A stretch of 64,000 nt of DNA from positions 256,001 through 320,000 of the forward strand of contig CAWFCQ010000004.1 of assembly GCA_963814375.1 (NCBI GenBank), written 5' to 3'. Every line of letters begins with the position of its first letter. Positions within the stretch are counted from its first letter, which is position 1. Of this stretch, positions 50,537-59,106 are shown in pieces. This DNA is from an uncultured Chloroflexia bacterium. GTDB taxonomy: Bacteria > Chloroflexota > Limnocylindria > QHBO01. The notes below the pieces were generated by a model. It searched no databases. It saw only the letters and a list, made by a program, of their open reading frames with translations, and had not been told where the DNA came from. The translations under genes were made by a program, and so were the position numbers.

Positions 50537-51031
50537 GTGATCGCGCTCGGCATCGACCCCGGCACCGCAACCTGTGGTTTCGGCGTCGTCGCCTTCGACG
50601 GTCGCGCGCTTTCGCTGGTCGACGCGGGCACGATTCGAACGCCGTCGGAGGAGACGGATGCCGTTCGCCTGCATCGCCTGCACGCCGCCTTGCGCCAGCT
50701 CATCGCCGAGCACCGGCCGGAGCGGGTCGGGGTCGAGCGCCTCTTCTTCCAGCGCAACGTGCAGACGGCGATGGCCGTGGGCCAGGCTCGCGGCGTCGCG
50801 CTGCTGGCCACGGCCGAGGCGGGCGTCCCGATCGACGAGCCCACGCCGAACGAGGTGAAGCAGGCGATCTGCGGCAACGGCGCCGCCGACAAGCGGCAGG
50901 TGGCGTCGATGGTGGAGCGTCTCCTCGGCGTGTCGCTAGAGCGCGTCCCGGACGACGCGACCGATGCGCTTGCCATCGCGATCGGGTGCGCCTACCGTGC
51001 CGCCGCCGAGCCAAGGGCGGTGATCGGGTGA
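50537..51031 (+). CDS. ruvC: Holliday junction resolvase RuvC
   Basis: LGIDPG, VERLFF, GQARGV, VKQAICGNGAADKRQV, DDATDALAIA. Confidence 0.96.
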   Translation: MIALGIDPGTATCGFGVVAFDGRALSLVDAGTIRTPSEETDAVRLHRLHAALRQLIAEHRPERVGVERLFFQRNVQTAMAVGQARGVALLATAEAGVPIDEPTPNEVKQAICGNGAADKRQVASMVERLLGVSLERVPDDATDALAIAIGCAYRAAAEPRAVIG

Positions 51032-51603
51032 TCGGTTCGATCAGGGGGACCGTCACTCACGTCGGCCTCGATCACGCGCTGGTGGAGGTCGGGGGGATCG
51101 GGTATCGCGTCGTTGCCGGGCCGGCACTGCTCGCGAAGCTGCGGACGGGGACGGAGGCATCGGTCTTCACCCACCATCTCGTCCGTGAGGACCAGCAGGC
51201 CCTCTTCGGCTTTGCCACGACCGAGGAGCTCGCCTTCTTCGAGCTGCTGCTGACCGTGTCCCAGGTCGGGCCGCGCCTCGCGCTGGCCATCACCGCAGCG
51301 CATCCGGTGACCAAGCTCCAGCTCGCCATCGTCACCGACGACGTCGACGTCTTCACCTCCGTTTCCGGCATCGGCCGCAAGACGGCGCAGCGGATCATCC
51401 TCGAGCTCAAGGAGAAGGTGCACGCGGCCGGCATTGCGGTCGGCCCGGGTGCGGGGTCCGACTCGGATGTCGTCGCGGCCCTCGAGTCGCTCGGCTACAC
51501 CGCCACGGAGGCCCGTCGCGCAGCCGGCGCGGTCGCGGCAACCGACGGCGAGCTCGACGCCAGGATCAAGGCTGCCCTCCAGGAGCTGGCTCGGTCGCGG
51601 TGA
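51028..51603 (+). CDS. ruvA: Holliday junction branch migration protein RuvA
   Basis: VIGSIRG, VGGIGY, REDQQALFGF, GIGRKTAQRIILELK, ALESLGY. Confidence 0.95.
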   Translation: MIGSIRGTVTHVGLDHALVEVGGIGYRVVAGPALLAKLRTGTEASVFTHHLVREDQQALFGFATTEELAFFELLLTVSQVGPRLALAITAAHPVTKLQLAIVTDDVDVFTSVSGIGRKTAQRIILELKEKVHAAGIAVGPGAGSDSDVVAALESLGYTATEARRAAGAVAATDGELDARIKAALQELARSR

Positions 51604-52052
51604 CGATCGAGCGGGACTGGCGGGATCCGGCCACCGCCGAGCGAATCCTCCGCTCGTATCGCGTGTGGGCGGTGGTCGGGTGCTCGTCGCGCCCGTGGCG
51701 GGCCTCGTTCGGCGTGTCGCGCTACCTCCTCCGCCAGGGCTACGACGTCGTGCCGATCCACCCGAACGAGAAGCGGGTGCATGACAGGCTCGTGTACCGC
51801 GACCTCGCCTCGGTGCCGGAGGAGCGCGGTGCGCCGATCGAGGTGGTGGACCTCTTTCGCCGTTCCGAAGCGGTCATGCCCCATGTCGAGGAGGCGATCG
51901 CCATCGGCGCGAAGGCGGTCTGGATGCAGCTCGAGGTCTGGAACGAGGACGCCGCTCGGCTCGCCGCCGATGCTGGCCTGCTTGTCGTCATGGACCGATG
52001 CCCGGCCATCGACCACCCGGCCATGATCGGAGCTTCCTGGACTGCTTCCTGA
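51600..52052 (+). CDS. CoA-binding protein (YccU-like)
   Basis: WAVVGCS, GYDVVPIHP, VDLFRR, VWMQL, VMDRC. Confidence 0.9.
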   Translation: MTIERDWRDPATAERILRSYRVWAVVGCSSRPWRASFGVSRYLLRQGYDVVPIHPNEKRVHDRLVYRDLASVPEERGAPIEVVDLFRRSEAVMPHVEEAIAIGAKAVWMQLEVWNEDAARLAADAGLLVVMDRCPAIDHPAMIGASWTAS

Positions 52053-52065
52053 ATCGGGCGCTTGC

Positions 52066-52992
52066 CTACGAGTCGCGCCTGAGGACGAGCCCGATGTGGC
52101 CGAAAGGCGGCCGCGGATCGGCGTAGGTCTTCACGAGTGGATTCTCGGTCGACTCGGCGACGAGGTCCCACAGCCGGTTCTGGGCGTCGAAGCTCACCTC
52201 GGCCAGCTGCGGCCATCGATCGAGCATCCGGGTGCCGATCTCGTTCACGAGGTGCTGGATCGAGAGGCTGACGAACTCGTGGAAGACGGCATTGGCGAGG
52301 TCCGCGACCTGCTCCGAGGCGACGTATCGGCTCGGATCGGCGAGGACGGCGTCGGCGGCATCGGCATAGCGCCAGCCGATGTCGCACCAGATGTAGAGCG
52401 GGCGGTCACGACGCTCGGGGAGGGTGGTGTGCTCGTCACGGGCGAAGTCGGCGAACGCGGAGCCGGTGATCTTGATGAGCTGAAGGTCGCGTCGGGCGGA
52501 CTCGTGATCGGTGATGCGAACGCTGCCGCCCTCATCGCGCTCGAGCTCGAGGCGCGCGGCGCCGGCGTCGCATCGCTCGCGGCTGAAGAGGCGGTCGGAC
52601 GACTCGAACCCGCCCTCACCGGGAATCACCGCCGCCGGAAACGGCAGATCCCGGCCGAGCATCGTCAATCGTTCCATGTGCGGATAGGTGTCGAGGAAGG
52701 CCGTTCCGACCTCCAGCAGCCACTCCTCGAGGGCTCGGGCCCTGGCCGTCAGGGAAGTGGCATGGATGAAGTTCTTCATCGTGTCGGTGGCGACGACCAG
52801 GCGATTGTCACCCTTCGTGTATGCGTCCAGGAACTGGGTGCCGTGGACGACGACCTCGATCGCGGCGGCCGCCAGCGTGTTTTCGCGACCGGCGAACGGC
52901 GACTCGGGGATCGGTGTGACGCCCTCCAGCGGCTGCGCAAGGGTGCGGTAAACCTTGACGTCGGCCTTGCCGTACTGGATCTCGTGCTTCAC
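52066..52992 (-). CDS. pucL: Urate oxidase (uricase)
   Basis: YGKADV, VATDTMKN, GSAFADFARDEHTTLPE, SIQHL, RPPFGHI. Confidence 0.93.
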   Translation of the reverse strand: MKHEIQYGKADVKVYRTLAQPLEGVTPIPESPFAGRENTLAAAAIEVVVHGTQFLDAYTKGDNRLVVATDTMKNFIHATSLTARARALEEWLLEVGTAFLDTYPHMERLTMLGRDLPFPAAVIPGEGGFESSDRLFSRERCDAGAARLELERDEGGSVRITDHESARRDLQLIKITGSAFADFARDEHTTLPERRDRPLYIWCDIGWRYADAADAVLADPSRYVASEQVADLANAVFHEFVSLSIQHLVNEIGTRMLDRWPQLAEVSFDAQNRLWDLVAESTENPLVKTYADPRPPFGHIGLVLRRDS

Positions 52993-53966
52993 CCAGCGGC
53001 CTCCTCGGGCGGATCAGGCGGTCCGAACAGCTCGGCGGCAGCGCGGCGGATCTCGGCGTCGAGGCCCTCGCGGTCGTCGTCGGCAGCCTCCCAGCGCTCG
53101 ACGAGCTCGCGGAAGTCGGCATTGCCCGATGCCGCGACGATGCGCCGCGCCCCGTCGATCGGCTGGCTCACGTCGCCGACGATCGACGCCGCCGCGTGGA
53201 GGGCGAGCAGCTGCCCCGCCTGCTCCGATTCCCATCCATCCAGCCCGATCTCGGCCATGACGGCCGCAACCGACGCGCCGATGTCTCCCTCGCCATCCTG
53301 GCCCGCCACCGACAGCGCCAGGAGCGCCGGCGACTCCACCCCCTCCTCGATGAGCCGATGGGTCGCACGGATGAGGCCGTCGCGGTCGAGCTCGCCGACC
53401 ATGAAGCGCGAGACCTCGAGCGCGATCGCCTCACGCACAGGCTCCGGAAGCGCCCGGGGTCCGCGCCGGCGATCCCATCGATCGGCCGCGATGAGCACGA
53501 CGTCGTCGAGGCCCCGGCGCAGCTCCTCGTCGCGATCCGCGCGGAGTGCGGTCTCGAGCACGGGAATGATGTCCGCCTTCGGCCGACCGGCGACGAAGAC
53601 CACGAAGCGGAACCCGAAGTGGCCCTCGTACGCCTCGTTGAGCGCGTCCAGCTCGTCGGCCACCCACGAGTCGGAGGGCTCAGGCTCCAAGCCGTCAGCG
53701 TCATAGCCCTGCTCCCGATGCGATTCGGCGGAGACGGACGCGGGATCGGCGCCGATGCGCGGATGAGCATCCAGGAGCTCGATCTGCTCTCCCTCGGGCA
53801 TCTCGCGCGCGGTCGCACGCGCGACGTCGAAGAGCTCGTCGTCGGACTCGAAGGGGCGCTCTTCGGCGAGAAGGGCCAGGAACCGAGGCGCGCCTTCGAA
53901 GAGGGGAGCCAGCGACTCGGCAAACCGGTCGGCTGGCATGGCGTTCAGCTCCTCGACGCTCGCCAC
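52989..53966 (-). CDS. uraD: OHCU decarboxylase with extra ~130 aa C-terminal domain
   Basis: LNAM, FEGAP, RPFES, AHPRIG, SHREQ, LNEAYEGHFGFRFVVFVAG. Confidence 0.85.
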   Translation of the reverse strand: MASVEELNAMPADRFAESLAPLFEGAPRFLALLAEERPFESDDELFDVARATAREMPEGEQIELLDAHPRIGADPASVSAESHREQGYDADGLEPEPSDSWVADELDALNEAYEGHFGFRFVVFVAGRPKADIIPVLETALRADRDEELRRGLDDVVLIAADRWDRRRGPRALPEPVREAIALEVSRFMVGELDRDGLIRATHRLIEEGVESPALLALSVAGQDGEGDIGASVAAVMAEIGLDGWESEQAGQLLALHAAASIVGDVSQPIDGARRIVAASGNADFRELVERWEAADDDREGLDAEIRRAAAELFGPPDPPEEAAG

Positions 53967-53968
53967 CC

Positions 53969-54316
53969 TCAGCTGCCCCGGTAGGTGCTCATGCCGAACG
54001 GGCTCAGTAGCAGCGGGACGTGGTACGAGCGGCCGGCATCGGTGATGCGGAGCGCGACCGCGGCGCTCTGAAAGAACGCGTCGGGGTCGTCCGCGTAGCC
54101 GCCGACGTCGAATGCCAGCTGGTAGTCGCCCTCGTCGAGGTCGCTGCCGTCAAGGAGGTCGCGGATGCGCCCGTCGGCATCGGTCTGGTGCTCGCCGACG
54201 AGCTCGGGAGCGCCATCGGGGGCCAGCCGGAAGATGGCCACGCCGACCCCGGGCGCGGGCTCGCCGCTGGCGAGGTCGAGGACATGGGTGCTGATCGTTG
54301 GGCGAGCGCCGGCCAT
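53969..54316 (-). CDS. uraH: 5-hydroxyisourate hydrolase
   Basis: ISTHVLD, TDADGR, YHVPLLLSPFGMSTYRGS. Confidence 0.95.
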   Translation of the reverse strand: MAGARPTISTHVLDLASGEPAPGVGVAIFRLAPDGAPELVGEHQTDADGRIRDLLDGSDLDEGDYQLAFDVGGYADDPDAFFQSAAVALRITDAGRSYHVPLLLSPFGMSTYRGS

Positions 54317-54342
54317 GGGGCCCTCCGGTATGCTCCGCCATC

Positions 54343-54927
54343 ATGCCCGATGCGCCCGAGGCCCGTACCGCCCGCGCCGACGTGCTCCTGGCCGGCTCTC
54401 CCGGGCCGAACACCGCGAGCACGTGCACGCTCGTCCGCGACGGCGACCTGGCGGTCGTGGTGGATCCCGGACTGGCACCGTCGCAGGAGGCGATCCTCGG
54501 GCCGCTGCGTGCATTCGGGCTCGAGGCGGCGGACGTCACGGACGTGGTCATCTCGCACCACCATCCGGACCACTGTCTCAATGTTGCGCTCTTTCCGCTG
54601 GCCCGCGTCCACGACCATTGGGCGATCTACGACTTCAACGGCCGATGGGACGACGTCGACTGCGAGGGTCGCGTGCTGTCGCCATCCATCCAGCTCATCC
54701 GCACCGCCGGTCACTCGGCCGAGGATCTTTCGACGGTGGCGGGCACGCCGGAGGGCGTTGTCGTCATGACGCATCTGTGGTGGACGGCTGCCGGTCCCGC
54801 GGAGGATCCGTACTCGCCCGACCCCGCCACGCTCCACGCGTCACGGGAGCGGGTCCTGGGGTTCGCCGATCTGATCGTGCCCGGGCACGGCGCGGCGTTC
54901 ACACCTAGTGATGCGACTCCGCGGTGA
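54343..54927 (+). CDS. Metallo-beta-lactamase-fold protein
   Basis: VVDPG, SHHHPDH, TAGHSAED, IVPGHG. Confidence 0.88.
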   Translation: MPDAPEARTARADVLLAGSPGPNTASTCTLVRDGDLAVVVDPGLAPSQEAILGPLRAFGLEAADVTDVVISHHHPDHCLNVALFPLARVHDHWAIYDFNGRWDDVDCEGRVLSPSIQLIRTAGHSAEDLSTVAGTPEGVVVMTHLWWTAAGPAEDPYSPDPATLHASRERVLGFADLIVPGHGAAFTPSDATPR

Positions 54928-54948
54928 GCGCGGGCTATGCTGCGTCGC

Positions 54949-55362
54949 ATGGCTGACCTGACGATCCGCGTCGGCGATCTCGCCTTCGAGGCGCGCTGGG
55001 AGGCCGATGCGCCGCTCACCCGTGCCGCCCTCGAGCCGTGGCTGCCGATCCAATCGCAGCTCATCCACTGCAAGTGGAGCGGCGAGTCGACCTGGATCCC
55101 GTTCGGCGACAGGCGCCCCGATGTCGGGTTCGAGAACCACAACAGCCACCCCGCACCCGGACAGCTGCTCATCTACACCGGCGAGATCAGCGAGTGCGAG
55201 ATCCTCTTCCCCTACGGCGCATGCAGCTTCAGCTCGCGGGTGGGCCCGCTTGCCGGCAATCACTTCGCGACGATCGTCTCGGGTGCTGAGCAGCTCGCCG
55301 ACATGGGCAAGCGAGTCCTGTGGGAGGGCGCGCAGGACATCGAGATCAGCACGGGGTCCTGA
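54949..55362 (+). CDS. DUF3830 family protein (cyclophilin-like fold)
   Basis: IHCKWSGESTWIP, ENHNSHPAPG, SECEILFPYG, GPLAGNHF, LWEGAQ. Confidence 0.88.
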   Translation: MADLTIRVGDLAFEARWEADAPLTRAALEPWLPIQSQLIHCKWSGESTWIPFGDRRPDVGFENHNSHPAPGQLLIYTGEISECEILFPYGACSFSSRVGPLAGNHFATIVSGAEQLADMGKRVLWEGAQDIEISTGS

Positions 55363-55371
55363 CCGATCACG

Positions 55372-56736
55372 ATGACGGACCTCGTCATCGCCGGTGGTAC
55401 GGTCGTCACGCCGGAAGGCCTCATCGCGGCCGACGTGGCCGTGGCCGACGGGCGGATCGAGCGCATCGGCCCCTCACTTGAGGCGGACGGAGCGGAGCTC
55501 ATCGATGCGAGCGGACTGCTCGTCCTGCCGGGAGCGATCGACGTCCATACGCACCTCCGGCTGCCCGACGAGGCACGGCCCGACCGGTTCGCGGTTGACA
55601 CGGCGGCCGCGGGAGCCGGCGGCACGACCACGGTCCTGACCTTCAACAACCCCGGCACGGGCATCAGCGATGAGGGCGCACGGTCGCTCCTGCGCGGGCT
55701 GGAGGAGTTTCGGACGCGCACCGAGGGGGAGTCCGCGGTCGACTACAGCCTCTGCTCGGTCGTCACCGGCCAGCAGGACGATCCGATCGCCGAGCTTCCG
55801 GCGCTGATCGACGCGGGAGTACCCACCTTCAAGGCGTTCATGGTCTACGACTTCCGCCTGCCCGATGCCGATCTCGTGCGCGCCATGCGGACCGCGGCAC
55901 GGCACGACGGGATGCTCATGCTGCACTGCGAGGACCCGAGCGTCATCGATCCGCTCGTCGCGGCCGCCGTCGGCCGAGGCGAGGTTGCGTGCCGCTTCCA
56001 CGCGGCAACCCGGCCGGCCCACGCGGAGGGCGCCGCCACGCGCCGCGCGATCGAGATGGCCCGCCAGGCCGAGGCGGCGCTCTACGTGGTCCACCTCAGC
56101 TGCGAGGAGGCGCTCGACGCGGTCGCCGAGGCGAAGGCCAAGGGCCAGCCGGTGTACGCCGAGACCTGCCCGCACTACCTCACCTTCACCGATGCGCTCT
56201 ACGACGATCCCGACGAGGCCGAGGTCATCAAGCGCGTCATCTCACCGCCGCTCCGGACGGCCCGCGACGTCGATTCCCTCTGGGCCGGCCTGCGTGACGG
56301 CGTGCTCGATGTGGTGGGAAGCGACCACGTTCCCGATCGGATCGACGACGAGAAGTCGGTGCCGGCGCCGCCATTCCCCGAGATCAGCAACGGCGGGCCG
56401 GGAGTCGAGACCCTGCTGAGCGTCGTCTACTCGGAGGGGGTCGCCGCAGGCCGGCTATCGCTCGAGCGCATGGTCGAGGTCCTGTCGGCAACGCCGGCCC
56501 GGCTGTTCGGCCTCGGCACCAAAGGCTCGATCGAGGCCGGGCGTGATGCTGACGTTGTCCTGTGGGATCCCGCTGCGCGAAGAACGCTCCGGCAGGAGGA
56601 TCTCCACCACACCAGCGACTACACGCCGTTCGAGGGATTGGACGTCGCCGGCGCGCCGATCCGAACGATCCTCCGGGGTCGCCAACCTGGCCGCGGGACT
56701 GGCCGGTTCGTCGAGCGCCGACTCGCACGGAACTGA
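55372..56736 (+). CDS. Cyclic amidohydrolase (dihydropyrimidinase/allantoinase family)
   Basis: PGAIDVHTH, GGTTT, TFKAFM, LHCED, VVHLS, ETCPHYL, SPPLR, GSDH. Confidence 0.9.
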   Translation: MTDLVIAGGTVVTPEGLIAADVAVADGRIERIGPSLEADGAELIDASGLLVLPGAIDVHTHLRLPDEARPDRFAVDTAAAGAGGTTTVLTFNNPGTGISDEGARSLLRGLEEFRTRTEGESAVDYSLCSVVTGQQDDPIAELPALIDAGVPTFKAFMVYDFRLPDADLVRAMRTAARHDGMLMLHCEDPSVIDPLVAAAVGRGEVACRFHAATRPAHAEGAATRRAIEMARQAEAALYVVHLSCEEALDAVAEAKAKGQPVYAETCPHYLTFTDALYDDPDEAEVIKRVISPPLRTARDVDSLWAGLRDGVLDVVGSDHVPDRIDDEKSVPAPPFPEISNGGPGVETLLSVVYSEGVAAGRLSLERMVEVLSATPARLFGLGTKGSIEAGRDADVVLWDPAARRTLRQEDLHHTSDYTPFEGLDVAGAPIRTILRGRQPGRGTGRFVERRLARN

Positions 56737-56762
56737 GCGCGACGGCTCGGCGTCCCAGCGGG

Positions 56763-57537
56763 GTGCGCACAGCGGCTGCGGCCATCCTCGTTCTGCTCCT
56801 GGCGGCCTGTGGCGGGGCCGGGGCGGAGCCGACCCCGTCGGTGGTGGAGCTCGACCCCAGCGGCACCTGGCGCCTCGTCGCCGGCCACGGCGCCGATGGT
56901 GAGATCCCGCTGGTGGACGATCACCCGATCACCCTGATCATCGAAGGATCCGAGATCGGCGGCACCGCGGCGTGCAACCAGTACGGTGGGCGCTTCGTGC
57001 TGGCCGGCGGGACGCTATCGATCGGCGAGATGAGCATGACCGCGATGGGCTGCGACGCGCCGGTGGCAGCCAGTGAGGCAGCCTATGTCGCCGCCTTGGC
57101 CGAGGTGTCGGCGCTGAGGATGGACGGCGCCGAGCTCGTCCTCACCGGCGACGGAGTTGGAGCTTCGATTCACGCCGCTCGAGCCGCCGCCCACGGCCGA
57201 GCTGGTCGGCACGAGCTGGGTCCTCGAAACGCTCTTCGTCGGCGACGTCGCATCGGCGCCGATGGGCGACCCGGCCTCGCTCGAGCTGTCGCCGGACGGC
57301 ACCTTCTCCGGCTCGACGGGCTGCCGGACCTTCACCGGGAGGTGGGTCGAGCGGGGGAACCAGATCCATGCTCCGGAGATGGCAATGGACGGGACGGAGT
57401 GCCCGCCCGACCTGGCGCAGCAGGACAGCCACGTGGTGGGTGTCATCGGCGACGGGTTCGTGCCGACGATCGAGGGCGAGCTCCTGACGCTGACCGACCC
57501 CGGCGGCATCGGCCTCGTCTACCGGTCCGGGGAATAG
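56763..57537 (+). CDS. Lipoprotein with two META domains (+1 frameshift at ~57160)
   Basis: Lipobox LLAAC; GTWRL..GGTAACNQYGG..MTAMGC; LVGTSWVL..GSTGCRTFTG. Confidence 0.85.
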
Positions 57538-57594
57538 CGAACGACCCGGCGGCCGAGGCCACCGGGTCGTATCGGTGCGTGGAGCGCTACGCGC

Positions 57595-57930
57595 CTAGCG
57601 GCGGAAGCAGTCGCTGCAGTAGACGGGCTTGGTGCCGGTCGGACGGAACGGGACGCGGGCTTCCTTGCCACAGCTGTCGCAGGTGGTGGTGAACATCTCG
57701 CGCGGGCGGTCGCTGTAGCCGCCGCCACCGCCACCACCGTAGCCGCCGCCATCGCTGTAGCCGCCGCCGCTGCTCTCGCCGCGCTGCGCCTTGCGGACCG
57801 CACGGCAGGCCGGGCATCGGCGCGGCTCGCTGAACTGACGGTCGGCGTAGAACTGCTGGTCGCTCGCAGTGAAGTTGAACTCCGTGCTGCAGTCGACACA
57901 GGTCAGGGTCTTATCGGTATAGGTGAACAA
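57595..57930 (-). CDS. Zinc-ribbon / CxxC-x17-CxxC domain protein
   Basis: DKTLTCVDC..F..Q.FY..PRRCPAC, Gly-rich linker, CDSCG..VPFRP...VYCSDCF; AGGAG SD, TTG start. Confidence 0.92.
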   Translation of the reverse strand: MFTYTDKTLTCVDCSTEFNFTASDQQFYADRQFSEPRRCPACRAVRKAQRGESSGGGYSDGGGYGGGGGGGYSDRPREMFTTTCDSCGKEARVPFRPTGTKPVYCSDCFRR

Positions 57931-58147
57931 AGAGAAACACTCCTACTCGTGCGGCCTCAGCGAGCCATCTCGCCGTGAAGACCGTGAGAGGAGCGTTCGT
58001 GGTGCCGCAGGATTCTGATTGCCCGACTCGCGGGCGTTGTTGCGGAGCACGATACCACGATTCGGCGCCCGACGCGTCTGGGACCATTGCCGCGGTCCGT
58101 ACACTCATGCCGATGGCGCCGGAGGGGCTCATTGCGAGGGAGAACGA

Positions 58148-58561
58148 ATGGCACGTGACGAGAAGCTCGAGCACCTGAAGCAGGTCCCGCTCTTCGCCCG
58201 CATGGGCAAGAAGGAGCTGGAGCGCCTGGGCCAGCTGACGGACGAGGTGGAGGTCGGGCTCGACTATCACCTCACCGAGCAGGGCCAGATCGGCCACGAG
58301 TTCTTCATCGTGATGGATGGCCATCTCATGGTTCTCGACGGGACCCGCCCCATCGCGACCCTCGGCCCGGGTGACTTCTTCGGCGAGATCGCGCTGGTCG
58401 AGAGCGTGCCGCGCACCGCAACGGTCCGCGCGGAGGGCATCGCGCGGGTGCTCGTCATCGGTCACCGCGAGTTCCACGCCTTCATGGACGAGTTCCCCCA
58501 GGTCCGCAAGGCCGTGCTGGACGCGCTGGCGGAACGGCTGCGGCGCGTGGAGGGAGCCTGA
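58148..58561 (+). CDS. Stand-alone cyclic nucleotide-binding domain protein
   Basis: LKQVPLF, EFFIVMDG, GDFFGEIAL, PRTATV. Confidence 0.9.
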   Translation: MARDEKLEHLKQVPLFARMGKKELERLGQLTDEVEVGLDYHLTEQGQIGHEFFIVMDGHLMVLDGTRPIATLGPGDFFGEIALVESVPRTATVRAEGIARVLVIGHREFHAFMDEFPQVRKAVLDALAERLRRVEGA

Positions 58562-59106
58562 GCATCGGAGCGCGAGAGGTTCTCGCACTCGTTCCGCCGG
58601 ACGGATCGGATCCCGAGGTCGGACGCTGGCTGGCCGCGCTCGAGGACGGCCGGCGCGAGACGCTGTCCGAGCTCGCGGGCGTGAGGCCGGACATGGTCGA
58701 CTGGTATCCCGATGCGCCCCTCAACAGCATCGGCTCGCTTCTCTATCACATCGCCCTGATCGAGGCGTCGTGGGTGGCGGACGAGATCCTCGACGCCGGC
58801 GAGCCTGACGAGCTGGCTGCGCTCCTGCCCTGGTCCGATCGCGAGCCCGAGCCCGGAGAAGGGGGAGAGGGTCATCTGACCAGGATCGACGGTCAGAGCC
58901 TCGAAACGCACGTGACGCGCCTCGCCGAGGTACGGGCCTGGGTGCTGGAGGGGCTGACGGGCATCTCGAACGCCGACTTCCACACGATCAGGTCGCTCGA
59001 GCGGTACGACGTTGCGCCGGATTGGGTGCTGCATCATCTCCTCCAGCACGAGGCCGAGCATCGGTCGCACATCGCCTGGCTGCGAGACACCTTCCCGGAT
59101 ACGTGA
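58558..59106 (+). CDS. DinB family protein (probable CTG start)
   Basis: NSIGSLLYHIALIE, WVLHHLLQHEAEHRSHI; frame open back to a CTGA overlap with the upstream stop. Confidence 0.8.
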   Translation: MSIGAREVLALVPPDGSDPEVGRWLAALEDGRRETLSELAGVRPDMVDWYPDAPLNSIGSLLYHIALIEASWVADEILDAGEPDELAALLPWSDREPEPGEGGEGHLTRIDGQSLETHVTRLAEVRAWVLEGLTGISNADFHTIRSLERYDVAPDWVLHHLLQHEAEHRSHIAWLRDTFPDT

